In this document: positions 46,098 through 54,579 of the stretch, one piece after another
Position numbering within the stretch: the first letter of the stretch is position 1
Layout: every line of letters begins with the position of its first letter
DNA from: Ignavibacteriaceae bacterium
Lineage (GTDB): Bacteria > Bacteroidota > Ignavibacteria > Ignavibacteriales > Ignavibacteriaceae
NCBI GenBank assembly: GCA_963662605.1
Contig: OY759785.1
Coordinates: 1,725,721-1,789,720 of the forward strand
Length of the DNA stretch: 64,000 nucleotides
Direction of reading: 5' to 3'
Notes under the pieces: generated by a model
What the model was told of the DNA's origin: nothing
Databases searched by the model: none
The model's input: the letters and a program-made list of their open reading frames with translations, nothing else
Made by a program: the position numbers and the translations under genes

Positions 46098-48323
46098 ATG
46101 AAAAATCAATTAAACCATATTAAAAAATTAATAGCTCCAATCCTCAGTTTCCGACTTACCCTAAAAAACTTGTCATGGATTGTATTCGGCTTCACGCTAT
46201 TGCTGCTTATTATGCCGCTAACCAAGTATTTTAGTTTTGAGTTTTGCGCCGTAGAGGGGTTGTTTTTATCGTTCACCGGAGGAGTGGTATTTATCCTGAT
46301 GAACCGAAGCAGATCGAAAATCAATCTCAGGGAGTTCGCGGGTAAGTGCTTTCTCATATTTCTCATACCTCTGGCAATGCAGACAATTAAAATTCTCTTT
46401 GCCGGTTATTCGTGCCTTTGGCATGGAACCCGTTTCTACTTTGTTATTACCATGCCCTCGGTTTTCGTTGGTCTCGGCATAGCAGCATTTGCGTTGATTA
46501 CCAATAAGAAGCACAGTCTGGCGTTATTCATAGGCTATTACATAGTAATGGCACTTTGGCCGTTGTGGATACTTTACTACTATCAGCAGCTGTATTTCTA
46601 CAACCCGCTAATCGGGATTTTCCCCGGTACTGTTTATGACGAGCTGATTCGCATTACGCCTTTATTGATTATTCATCAGATCGGCTGTATCTGTATTGCG
46701 ATTGTACTTATCATTTTTGCACAAAAGAATACGGGAAAGAACTCTCGAAGAGGATTAACCATACTGCTTTTTCTAACCGGATTTGTAGTGTGGTATGTTT
46801 CGCCTATTTCTCCGTTTGTCACACCGCGTGCTCATATTGAAAAGGAGCTTCGGGGAAGAATCAAGACGGATCATTTTCTGATTTATTACAAAGAGGGGAG
46901 TCTGACTTTAGATGCTGCTAAGGATATCGGATTGCTCCATGAGGTTTACTTTGAGCAGCTCAGGCAGTTTTATCAGACAGAACCGAAAAGCATAATACGA
47001 TCCTACCTTTTCCATTCTCCGGAGGAAAAATCCCGGTTGTTGGGGACTGCCGCGGCAGATTTCGCTAAACCCTGGAAGAATGAAATATATATAACAGATG
47101 AATCTATAGCTAATACTCTCAAGCACGAACTTTCACATGTATTTACCGCTGCTTTCGGGTATTCTCCATACGAACTATCACATGGTTTCGACCCAGCTAT
47201 GCTGGAGGGCGCCGCAACCGCTTCCACGCCTGTGTATGATGATTTCCCGTTGAACTATATGGCATTTCAGGCCTTTACTGCTGATACAAACTTATCGGTC
47301 TCATCGCTTTTTGGCGGATTAAGTTTTTTTGGCGGCGTATCCTCTACATCATATTGCATTTCAGGATCCTTTTGCCGGTATTTGATTAACTCATATGGGA
47401 TATTGAAATTCCGGGATGCATACAAAAATGGATTTTCTAAGAAAATCTATGGAAAAACACTCAGTGAGTTGGGGAAAGAGTACAAAGCGAATCTGTTTTC
47501 GCAGGGATATGTTTACAATGCGGATTTAGCCGATTTCTATTTTAGGGGACAGGGGCTGCTCCAAAAGACTTCACCACATTATGCCGCTGAGTTAAAGCAC
47601 GAATCCGTATTGCTGATGAAGCAGGGCAGATACACAGAGGCTTTGCTCTCACTGGGAAGTATTCACAAGAGTCTTTTGCAGGTTTCGCTTTTAAAAGTTA
47701 AAATTTTGGAGAAATTGAAACGTTTTGATGAAGCTATCTTTATATTAAGAGAGGCACGTGAAGTTTGTGGTAAGTCGGGAGCATGTCGCGAAATAGAATT
47801 AGCCTTAGCAAATTGCTATTTCATGAAAGGTGACCTTGATAAAGCCGGGAGCATGTATAAAGATCTACGGGAGCACGTCCAACGACCTTTTTTTAGATCA
47901 ATTTGCTCCTCAAGGCTTTTGGCTGTACAAAATCGGGAGCACGTAGAGGAAGTTTTCTGCGATGATGCCAATGTTAGATACCGTCTATATTCTAACCTGC
48001 TAACTGAAACCGGCAACTCTTCGATAATTCCTGTTGTTTTAATACTTGCGGGCAATGCACATGCACCTTACGCAGATACGAAGAAAGTAATATCCAGATG
48101 GTTTGACCATCAGAAAACGATTGAAGAATACAACGCTCTTTGGTTGTTGCGGTTTGCAATAAATCATGGTGATACGGAATTTGCCAAAGACATTTTGTAT
48201 AAAAATGATTCAAAAAACATTATTTTTTCACCAGCAATTTCCGAAGAACGGAAAAAGATGCGTGCTATGGAATTGATCCTTGAAAGAGGGTTTCAGTACA
48301 ATATTTGGAATAATCATGAGTGA
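46098..48323 (+). CDS. Polytopic membrane protein with HExxH metallopeptidase-like motif and C-terminal TPR-like region
   Basis: About 240 aa of N-terminal TM helices, then TLKHELSHVFTAAFG (HExxH). Helical repeats such as RYTEALLSLGSI..., RFDEAIFILREA... and GDLDKAGSMYKDL follow. Confidence 0.55.
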   Translation: MKNQLNHIKKLIAPILSFRLTLKNLSWIVFGFTLLLLIMPLTKYFSFEFCAVEGLFLSFTGGVVFILMNRSRSKINLREFAGKCFLIFLIPLAMQTIKILFAGYSCLWHGTRFYFVITMPSVFVGLGIAAFALITNKKHSLALFIGYYIVMALWPLWILYYYQQLYFYNPLIGIFPGTVYDELIRITPLLIIHQIGCICIAIVLIIFAQKNTGKNSRRGLTILLFLTGFVVWYVSPISPFVTPRAHIEKELRGRIKTDHFLIYYKEGSLTLDAAKDIGLLHEVYFEQLRQFYQTEPKSIIRSYLFHSPEEKSRLLGTAAADFAKPWKNEIYITDESIANTLKHELSHVFTAAFGYSPYELSHGFDPAMLEGAATASTPVYDDFPLNYMAFQAFTADTNLSVSSLFGGLSFFGGVSSTSYCISGSFCRYLINSYGILKFRDAYKNGFSKKIYGKTLSELGKEYKANLFSQGYVYNADLADFYFRGQGLLQKTSPHYAAELKHESVLLMKQGRYTEALLSLGSIHKSLLQVSLLKVKILEKLKRFDEAIFILREAREVCGKSGACREIELALANCYFMKGDLDKAGSMYKDLREHVQRPFFRSICSSRLLAVQNREHVEEVFCDDANVRYRLYSNLLTETGNSSIIPVVLILAGNAHAPYADTKKVISRWFDHQKTIEEYNALWLLRFAINHGDTEFAKDILYKNDSKNIIFSPAISEERKKMRAMELILERGFQYNIWNNHE

Positions 48324-49704
48324 AGTAAAACGGAAACAAAACCTGAAAAGTGAAATTCTTCGGGACGAAATATTGAAAAGTATTTCGTTGATTTCCGGTA
48401 CAACGTTTTACGCCAGCGGTACAACCGTGCTTGATCTCCTGTCAAAGCAACCGGTTGAAGGTTATTACTTGCATTTTTGCGGAGATAGAGGAGCTTTTCT
48501 TAACTTTTGCGAACATGACAAGGCAGGTAAAAAGTTTAGTCTTATCTCATATCATGAAAAATCCGAAACGTGGGCTTTCAGCATAGGGGGAAGGAACGTT
48601 TTAATTACGTATTACAATTCTGTCAGAAAGCTCTCGAGCGGAATTAAAAATTATGCTGCATCTGTCGGGATTCCGGTATTATCACTCTATGTTTCGCTTA
48701 GTGAGAGAAGTATCGGAAAGGTATTCAGCCTGTTTGAAGGATATGATGATTATTGCAATGGCGTTTTTCGGCATAGCCTCAACATAGTTGAGGCATTCTG
48801 GAGCCATCATTCCTTCTTATTAAGCTTATGCTACTATGCTGCAAAATATCAACTCACTCCGGATATAGGTGTCTTGGAATTAATGCGGCAGCATGCGGAG
48901 GGGGTAATCATCCCTGCAAGTGAGGGTTCGGCAATATTTTTCAAAATCCTCGGTACACCTCGGCCTTCAATCGGATTGAAGATGCTTCATGAGTCGGGAC
49001 TGTTAAGAAATTTTTTCCCTGAAGCTTCAAACATGGCAGGTGTTGAGCCTGTGGGTGGATATCAACACAAGGATGTTTTTTATCATACGTGCGAAGTTGT
49101 TGATAACATCAGCCGAACGACCGGCAACATTTGGCTCCGCTTCGCGGCATTCGTACACGACATTGCTAAGCCTCATACAAAGCGATTTATTGAAGGAACC
49201 GGATGGACATTCCACGGACACGAAGAAAAAGGTGCCCGTTTAATGAAGGGGCTCTTCTACCGCTTGGGATTAGAGAGGGAAATGCTTCCTTATGTTCAGA
49301 AAATGATTCGGCTGCACTTGCGTCCGTCGGCGTTGGTGAGCGAGGAGATAACTGATTCGGCCGTACGGCGTTTGATAACCGAAGCAGGAGAGCACCTTGA
49401 GGATCTGCTTAAATTATGCCGGGCTGATATAACAAGTAAGAACCCGGGAAAAGTTAACCGCGTAAGAAGAAATTATGATGTCGTTGAAGCAAAAATTCTC
49501 GCGGTGAAAGAAAAAGATGAGCTTGCAGCATTCCAATCGCCGGTTAAAGGTGAGGAGATTATGCAAATCTGCGGGCTTAGACCCTCCCGGAAGGTCGGGG
49601 AAATAAAAACTGCGATTGAAGATGCGATATTACGTGGGGAAATTGAAAACACCTATGAGGCCGCTTTGCAATACCTCATGCGGATTAAGGATTCCTTTAA
49701 TTAG
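48316..49704 (+). CDS. CCA-adding-enzyme-like HD-domain protein with degenerate nucleotidyltransferase head
   Basis: The HD domain reads HKDVFYHTCEVVDN...FAAFVHDIAKP...GHEEKGARLMKGLFYRLGL. The N-terminal FYASGTTVLDLLSKQPVEGYYLHF aligns by eye with the canonical F.VGG.VRDLLLG....D.DI motif but lacks GG, R and both Asp residues. The ATG at 48316 overlaps the upstream stop (ATGAGTGA). Confidence 0.7.
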   Translation: MSEVKRKQNLKSEILRDEILKSISLISGTTFYASGTTVLDLLSKQPVEGYYLHFCGDRGAFLNFCEHDKAGKKFSLISYHEKSETWAFSIGGRNVLITYYNSVRKLSSGIKNYAASVGIPVLSLYVSLSERSIGKVFSLFEGYDDYCNGVFRHSLNIVEAFWSHHSFLLSLCYYAAKYQLTPDIGVLELMRQHAEGVIIPASEGSAIFFKILGTPRPSIGLKMLHESGLLRNFFPEASNMAGVEPVGGYQHKDVFYHTCEVVDNISRTTGNIWLRFAAFVHDIAKPHTKRFIEGTGWTFHGHEEKGARLMKGLFYRLGLEREMLPYVQKMIRLHLRPSALVSEEITDSAVRRLITEAGEHLEDLLKLCRADITSKNPGKVNRVRRNYDVVEAKILAVKEKDELAAFQSPVKGEEIMQICGLRPSRKVGEIKTAIEDAILRGEIENTYEAALQYLMRIKDSFN

Positions 49705-50572
49705 AGGTTGATTCTTCCGGCTCAAAATGGACAACAACGTTAGAGTGCTGTATCTTTTGTTGAATCGCATTCTCAACGTTACTTGCAATATCGTGTGCCT
49801 GTTCAACCGTTAAGCTTTTTTCTACGTGAATATTTAATTCGATGAATTTAGTATTGCCTGCCTCTCTGACACGAATATCGTGGAAGAGAAGAACTTCTTT
49901 AATCTCGGAAACAATTATTGCGACTTGCTCGATAATTCCGTCAGGAGCCTTGTCAACGAGAGCATCAAATGCCCTCTTACCGAGGCGGTAGCTGACACTG
50001 AGAACGATTAATGCGACCATCAATGCAGCAATTGAATCCGCGGCAACATAATTAAAATTCGCTGCTATTAATCCCAACAGTACTACTGATGAACTCCAAA
50101 TATCGGTTTTGAAGTGAAGTGCATCCGCCTCTAAAGCCTGACTCCCGTATTTTTTTGCTACGCGATGTAGTGCTCTAGAGCGCGAGAAATCTATAATAAT
50201 TGAAATGATGACAACTGCATAACTCCATGGTGTAACCTCGATGTGTGTATTACCCGAGACTAAACGGCCGACGGCTTCATAAATAATCCAGATACAGGTA
50301 ATAACAAGGAGCAGAGTTTCGATCAGAGCGGAAATATTTTCAATTTTTCCGTGTCCGAAATTATGATCATAATCAGCTGGTTTATCGGAAATGCGAACTG
50401 CAAAATATGTCACAACAGCGGCTACGAGGTCGAGAGCTGAGTGCAGCGCTTCCGACAAGATACCAAGGCTTCGGGTCAGAAGTCCAATGATTAATTTAAA
50501 TCCGGTCAGGAATATAGCCGCCAAAACTGACGTGAGAGCAATATTCTTTTTTTCGTTTTTATTCGAAGACAT
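49697..50572 (-). CDS. Cation diffusion facilitator family transporter
   Basis: LSEALHSALDLVAAVVTYFAVRISDKPADYDHNFGHGKIENISAL and a C-terminal cytoplasmic domain. It overlaps the convergent upstream gene by 8 nt. Confidence 0.9.
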   Translation of the reverse strand: MSSNKNEKKNIALTSVLAAIFLTGFKLIIGLLTRSLGILSEALHSALDLVAAVVTYFAVRISDKPADYDHNFGHGKIENISALIETLLLVITCIWIIYEAVGRLVSGNTHIEVTPWSYAVVIISIIIDFSRSRALHRVAKKYGSQALEADALHFKTDIWSSSVVLLGLIAANFNYVAADSIAALMVALIVLSVSYRLGKRAFDALVDKAPDGIIEQVAIIVSEIKEVLLFHDIRVREAGNTKFIELNIHVEKSLTVEQAHDIASNVENAIQQKIQHSNVVVHFEPEESTSN

Positions 50573-50608
50573 ATATGAAATATTAAGATTTTTTTTAAAA
50601 AATCATAA

Positions 50609-51820
50609 TCATTTATAAATCTCGCGTTTTTTTGCCTGCAAGGATTCCTCTATGCTTGAAACGATTTTTTTATAGTCGGAAACAACGGATTCACACGCGA
50701 TTTTTTCAATCGGGTTTTTTTGACAAACATCTTGCAGCTGCTGTAAGTGATTCTGTATGTTGCTTTTTATCAGGATGTCTTTAATACTGCCGACAATCTC
50801 TGAGAAAGTTACCGTTTTTACTTCCTTCATCATCTGGTTTTGAGTTACATAAAGATCATTGTAAGCGTTCTGAACTTCAGCCAGCTGCTTTTTCAATTCT
50901 TCATGCAGCAGAGCGTTCTCAATAACGATACCGGTACTGGAAGCCATTGCGCTGATGAATAGCTGATCCTCACGTGAAAAGTTTCCGCCTGCTTTGTTGA
51001 GAATTTGAAATACGCCGATGACGGTACTCTCGGTATTCCGCATTGGTACGCAAAGAATATTTCTTGTTTTAAAACCGGTCTGCTGATCTATTTCCTTATT
51101 AAACAGGGGATGAGTATATGGATCATCAATAATTTGAGCTTCGCCGGAGGTCGCGACTTCACCTGCAATTCCTCGATTGATCGGGAATGATATTTCCGAC
51201 TTTTCTATACCCAAACCGCTTCTTGCCCATAGCATTTTTCTTGTTTTATCAACCAAGAATAACGTAGCCCTTTCAGCTTGAACAGTGTCGGTAACAAGTA
51301 CAATGATCCGGTGGAGGAGTTCATCAAAATCAACAATGGAGTGTAAACTGCGCGATATTTCAAGAAGAACAGATAGTTTCTTCGTTTCATGGATGACGTC
51401 TGCAATCTTAGTCTCTTTACCACTATCTATCTGGCTCTCCAATTTTTCCGCGGCAGACTTGTGAAGAATCTCTTGCGCAATGTATAATAATTTGTCATAC
51501 TCAAGAGGTTTTGGCAGAAATCCTTGAATTTTATCTCCAAATACGATGTCGGCTGTATCAAAAAAGTACGATGAAACAATTACGAGTTTCGACTCAGGCC
51601 TCATTTCATACACCTGATCAACGAACTCAATTTCACTCATTACAGGCTGCATTATTTCAATGACAATGATGTCGGGAAGAATTTCAAGTATTGCCTGAAG
51701 ACCGGCCTTGCTTTTCTCTTTAACCGAAACCGTAGCTTCGATCGAGTTGGCTAAGGAGAGGTAGACCCCTTTTGTTTCCCTGTTGTCCGAAAAGATAAGA
51801 ATGTTATTCTCAGTTTTCAT
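50609..51820 (-). CDS. Pseudo-receiver (Glu at phospho-acceptor position) + GAF domain protein
   Basis: The receiver-like N-terminus reads ILIFSDN...LPDIIVIEIMQP...LVIVSS...GFLPKP. The GAF-like segment reads RATLFLVDKTRKMLWARSG...GIAGEVATSGE...LCVPMRN. No recognisable output domain is present. Confidence 0.7.
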   Translation of the reverse strand: MKTENNILIFSDNRETKGVYLSLANSIEATVSVKEKSKAGLQAILEILPDIIVIEIMQPVMSEIEFVDQVYEMRPESKLVIVSSYFFDTADIVFGDKIQGFLPKPLEYDKLLYIAQEILHKSAAEKLESQIDSGKETKIADVIHETKKLSVLLEISRSLHSIVDFDELLHRIIVLVTDTVQAERATLFLVDKTRKMLWARSGLGIEKSEISFPINRGIAGEVATSGEAQIIDDPYTHPLFNKEIDQQTGFKTRNILCVPMRNTESTVIGVFQILNKAGGNFSREDQLFISAMASSTGIVIENALLHEELKKQLAEVQNAYNDLYVTQNQMMKEVKTVTFSEIVGSIKDILIKSNIQNHLQQLQDVCQKNPIEKIACESVVSDYKKIVSSIEESLQAKKREIYK

Positions 51821-52039
51821 AATTTATCCGAAAATTCAGCATGCAGCTGTGTTTGAATGTCATTACGCGGATTTAGTATCCGCCGGTAGAGGGAAAGAAA
51901 CGGCTATTATTAACATCTTCTATTCCTTCCGGAAATATACTGATTTTCATTTTTATATGGCAAATTAGTCATTCGATTAAAGATTAAGCTTTATATATTT
52001 GGGGTAGGTTAATATCAAAATCCCGGTACATATAGGCGA

Positions 52040-53158
52040 ATGAAAATTTTAGTTGCTCCAAATTGTTTTAAAGAATGCGCAGATGCAATTACCATCGCGA
52101 CCGCGATTCGGGATGAACTGGTTCCCGGTTTGCCGGAAGCTATAATTGATGTTCTTCCCGTTTCCGATGGTGGTGATGGATTTCTGGATGTCTGTGCTCA
52201 TGCAAACAAGATAGAGTTTCACTATGTAAAAGTTCCGGCGATTTATAACAATGATGTGGTTGATGTCCGATATGGCCGGGACGAAAATGGGGTGACCGTG
52301 TTTATCGAAAGCGCTGAGGTCATTGGACTGGCAAGAACACCGGAGGATTCCCGGAAGCCTCTTAATTTGTCCTCATTAAGTCTGGGAATTCTATTAAAAT
52401 CTCTCATGCTCAACGAGCCAGCAATCGAAAAGGTTGTAATAGGGTTGGGTGGCACTGCTATTAATGATTTAGGGTTTGGGTGTGCCGAAGCATTCGGATT
52501 GCAAATACTTGATGAAACCGGGAAACAACTGCCGATATTGCCTGCAAGCTTCTCAAGAGTGGCATCGCTTGTCTTACCCTCAGAACATTTTCCGGTCGAG
52601 ATTGAACTCGTCACCGATGTTCAGGCGGATCTATTGGGAGAGCATGGTACGAGCATGATGTTTTCGCCCCAGAAAGGTGCGACACCCGAAGATGTTGAAA
52701 AATTGGAATCCGGATTTGCCAATATTCTCAGGATTTTGGATAGAAATTTTAATTTGAAGTACAAGGGTAGTAAAATGGGAGCTGCGGGAGGGGTTGCTCT
52801 TGGTTTATCGTTATTTTCGAAGATCACACTTGTCCCCGCAAAGGAGTTTTTATTTTCATATTTGAAGCTCGGGGATAAAATAAAATCTTCAGATTATGTC
52901 ATCACAGCGGAAGGCTCCTATGACAGTCAAAGCGCGTTACAAAAAGCCCCGGAAATCATACTGGCGGAAGCAGTAAACAAGGGTAAAAAGGCGATACTTA
53001 TTGCGGGGAAAACGACAATTTCAAGCGAAAATTCAGGCTTTGAAATATTTACCCTGATAAAGCATTTCAATAGTGCCGCAGAATCCATGTTAAATTATCG
53101 TGAAGGGATTAAATTAGTTTGCCGGGAACTCATAAATTCAATTCAAAAATCCACGTGA
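52040..53158 (+). CDS. glxK: Glycerate kinase family protein
   Basis: MKILVAPNCFKECADA...VLPVSDGGDGF...VIGLGGTAINDLGFG...VITAEGSYDSQS pattern. Confidence 0.8.
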   Translation: MKILVAPNCFKECADAITIATAIRDELVPGLPEAIIDVLPVSDGGDGFLDVCAHANKIEFHYVKVPAIYNNDVVDVRYGRDENGVTVFIESAEVIGLARTPEDSRKPLNLSSLSLGILLKSLMLNEPAIEKVVIGLGGTAINDLGFGCAEAFGLQILDETGKQLPILPASFSRVASLVLPSEHFPVEIELVTDVQADLLGEHGTSMMFSPQKGATPEDVEKLESGFANILRILDRNFNLKYKGSKMGAAGGVALGLSLFSKITLVPAKEFLFSYLKLGDKIKSSDYVITAEGSYDSQSALQKAPEIILAEAVNKGKKAILIAGKTTISSENSGFEIFTLIKHFNSAAESMLNYREGIKLVCRELINSIQKST

Positions 53159-53198
53159 TTTGGTTACATTTATTAATTAAACAAAAATATTTATTGTG

Positions 53199-54038
53199 AT
53201 GAAAGAATACTTAGATTTAGTCAAATTAGTAATGAATGAAGGCATCCGGAAGCGTACCCGGACTGGCATAGACACGATTTCGTATTTCTCTGCAAACTAC
53301 AGAGTAGATTTGTCGAAAGGATATCCACTTCTGACGACCAAGAAGGTCGAATTCAAATCAATGCTTCACGAGGTGTTGTGGTATCTTTCCGGTGATAACC
53401 ATATCCGAAATTTACGTCAGCATACCAAAATATGGGATGCGTGGGCTGATGAAGACGGCAATCTGGAAACTGCTTACGGATACTATTGGCGGAAATTCCC
53501 AAGTGCACAAAAAGATAAAAAAGGCAATTGGGTTGTAACGGAAACCGATCAGATAAAATATGTCATTGATGAAATTAAAAACAAACCGTACAGCAGAAGA
53601 TTAGTTGTAAGTGCATGGGAGCCCGGCAATGCAATTCACAGCAAACTGCCACCGTGCCACTATTCATATGTGTTCAATGTGCAGGAAGATAAACTGAACT
53701 GTCATCTTACACAGCGTTCCGGTGATATTGCATTAGGAATTCCATTTAATCTGGCGGCATATGCATTGCTTACACAAATCATAGCACAGCAAACCGGACT
53801 CAAGGTCGGCTGGTTCTCACACACGATTGTTGATGCTCATATTTATGTTGCAGACCCCGGTTCGCCAATGGAAAAATACGACCATCTTAAAGGTTTGCAG
53901 GAGCAATTAACAAGAGAGCCCCTGCCTCTGTCACAGTTAAAAATCGCAGACAAACCGATTGATGAATTACGGTTTGAGGATTTCGAACTGACCGGATACC
54001 AGTCACATCCGAAAATACGTTTTGAGGTGGCTGTTTGA
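53199..54038 (+). CDS. thyA: Thymidylate synthase
   Basis: YLDLVKLVMNEG..RTRTG, RRLVVSAWEP, LPPCHYSYVFNV and SGDIALGIPFNLAAYALLT. Confidence 0.95.
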   Translation: MKEYLDLVKLVMNEGIRKRTRTGIDTISYFSANYRVDLSKGYPLLTTKKVEFKSMLHEVLWYLSGDNHIRNLRQHTKIWDAWADEDGNLETAYGYYWRKFPSAQKDKKGNWVVTETDQIKYVIDEIKNKPYSRRLVVSAWEPGNAIHSKLPPCHYSYVFNVQEDKLNCHLTQRSGDIALGIPFNLAAYALLTQIIAQQTGLKVGWFSHTIVDAHIYVADPGSPMEKYDHLKGLQEQLTREPLPLSQLKIADKPIDELRFEDFELTGYQSHPKIRFEVAV

Positions 54039-54061
54039 GCGGTGGAAACGGAAAAGTGCAC

Positions 54062-54541
54062 ATGAAGAAAATTCTCATCAGTGCAATTGCAGCGAACGGT
54101 GTTATCGGAGACTCGCAAAAGGGTCTGCCGTGGCATATACCGGAGGAGTTCAAACATTTTAAGGAAACGACTTTCGGATATCCTCTTATTATGGGGAAGA
54201 AGACGTTTCTGGAATTAGGAAAACCCCTGAAGGGAAGACTAAACATTGTTCTTTCAACGGATCCTGCTTTCTCATTTGAGGATCCATTGGTTAAAATTTT
54301 CGGCGGACTTCAGGAAGCGCTCGATTATTGTGAACTTTCCGGCGCCGAAAAGGTTTTTATAGCAGGAGGCCGTTCGGTATACGCCAAGGCTATCCTTTTT
54401 TGCGATGAGATGATATTATCGTTTTTAAAGCAGAGTGCGGAAGGCGATGTTTTATTCCCGAAGGTTGACCTGTTTGATTGGAAAATAGTTAACCAGATAG
54501 AACACGATCAGTTTACGATCAAGTATTACGAGAAAAGATAG
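54062..54541 (+). CDS. folA: Dihydrofolate reductase
   Basis: ISAIAANGVIGDSQKGLPWHIPEEFKHFKETTFGYPLIMGKKTF. I prefer the ATG at 54062 over the ORF-track start at 54035. Confidence 0.9.
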   Translation: MKKILISAIAANGVIGDSQKGLPWHIPEEFKHFKETTFGYPLIMGKKTFLELGKPLKGRLNIVLSTDPAFSFEDPLVKIFGGLQEALDYCELSGAEKVFIAGGRSVYAKAILFCDEMILSFLKQSAEGDVLFPKVDLFDWKIVNQIEHDQFTIKYYEKR

Positions 54542-54579
54542 ATTTTACGTTAGAATTAAGATAAAGATACACACAAGAC

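Noticed and set aside
49697-49704. Convergent genes overlapping at their 3' ends (49697-49704, and 57699-57702) with no intervening terminator.
   Set aside because: Short convergent overlaps are common in compact genomes, and I saw no additional structure. I note them only as evidence of tight packing.
51867-51883. Hairpin GCGGAT-TTAGT-ATCCGC in the divergent region between the GAF gene and glxK.
   Set aside because: It is a 6-bp stem with no T-tract, lies between two divergent starts, and has no second copy. It is indistinguishable from chance.
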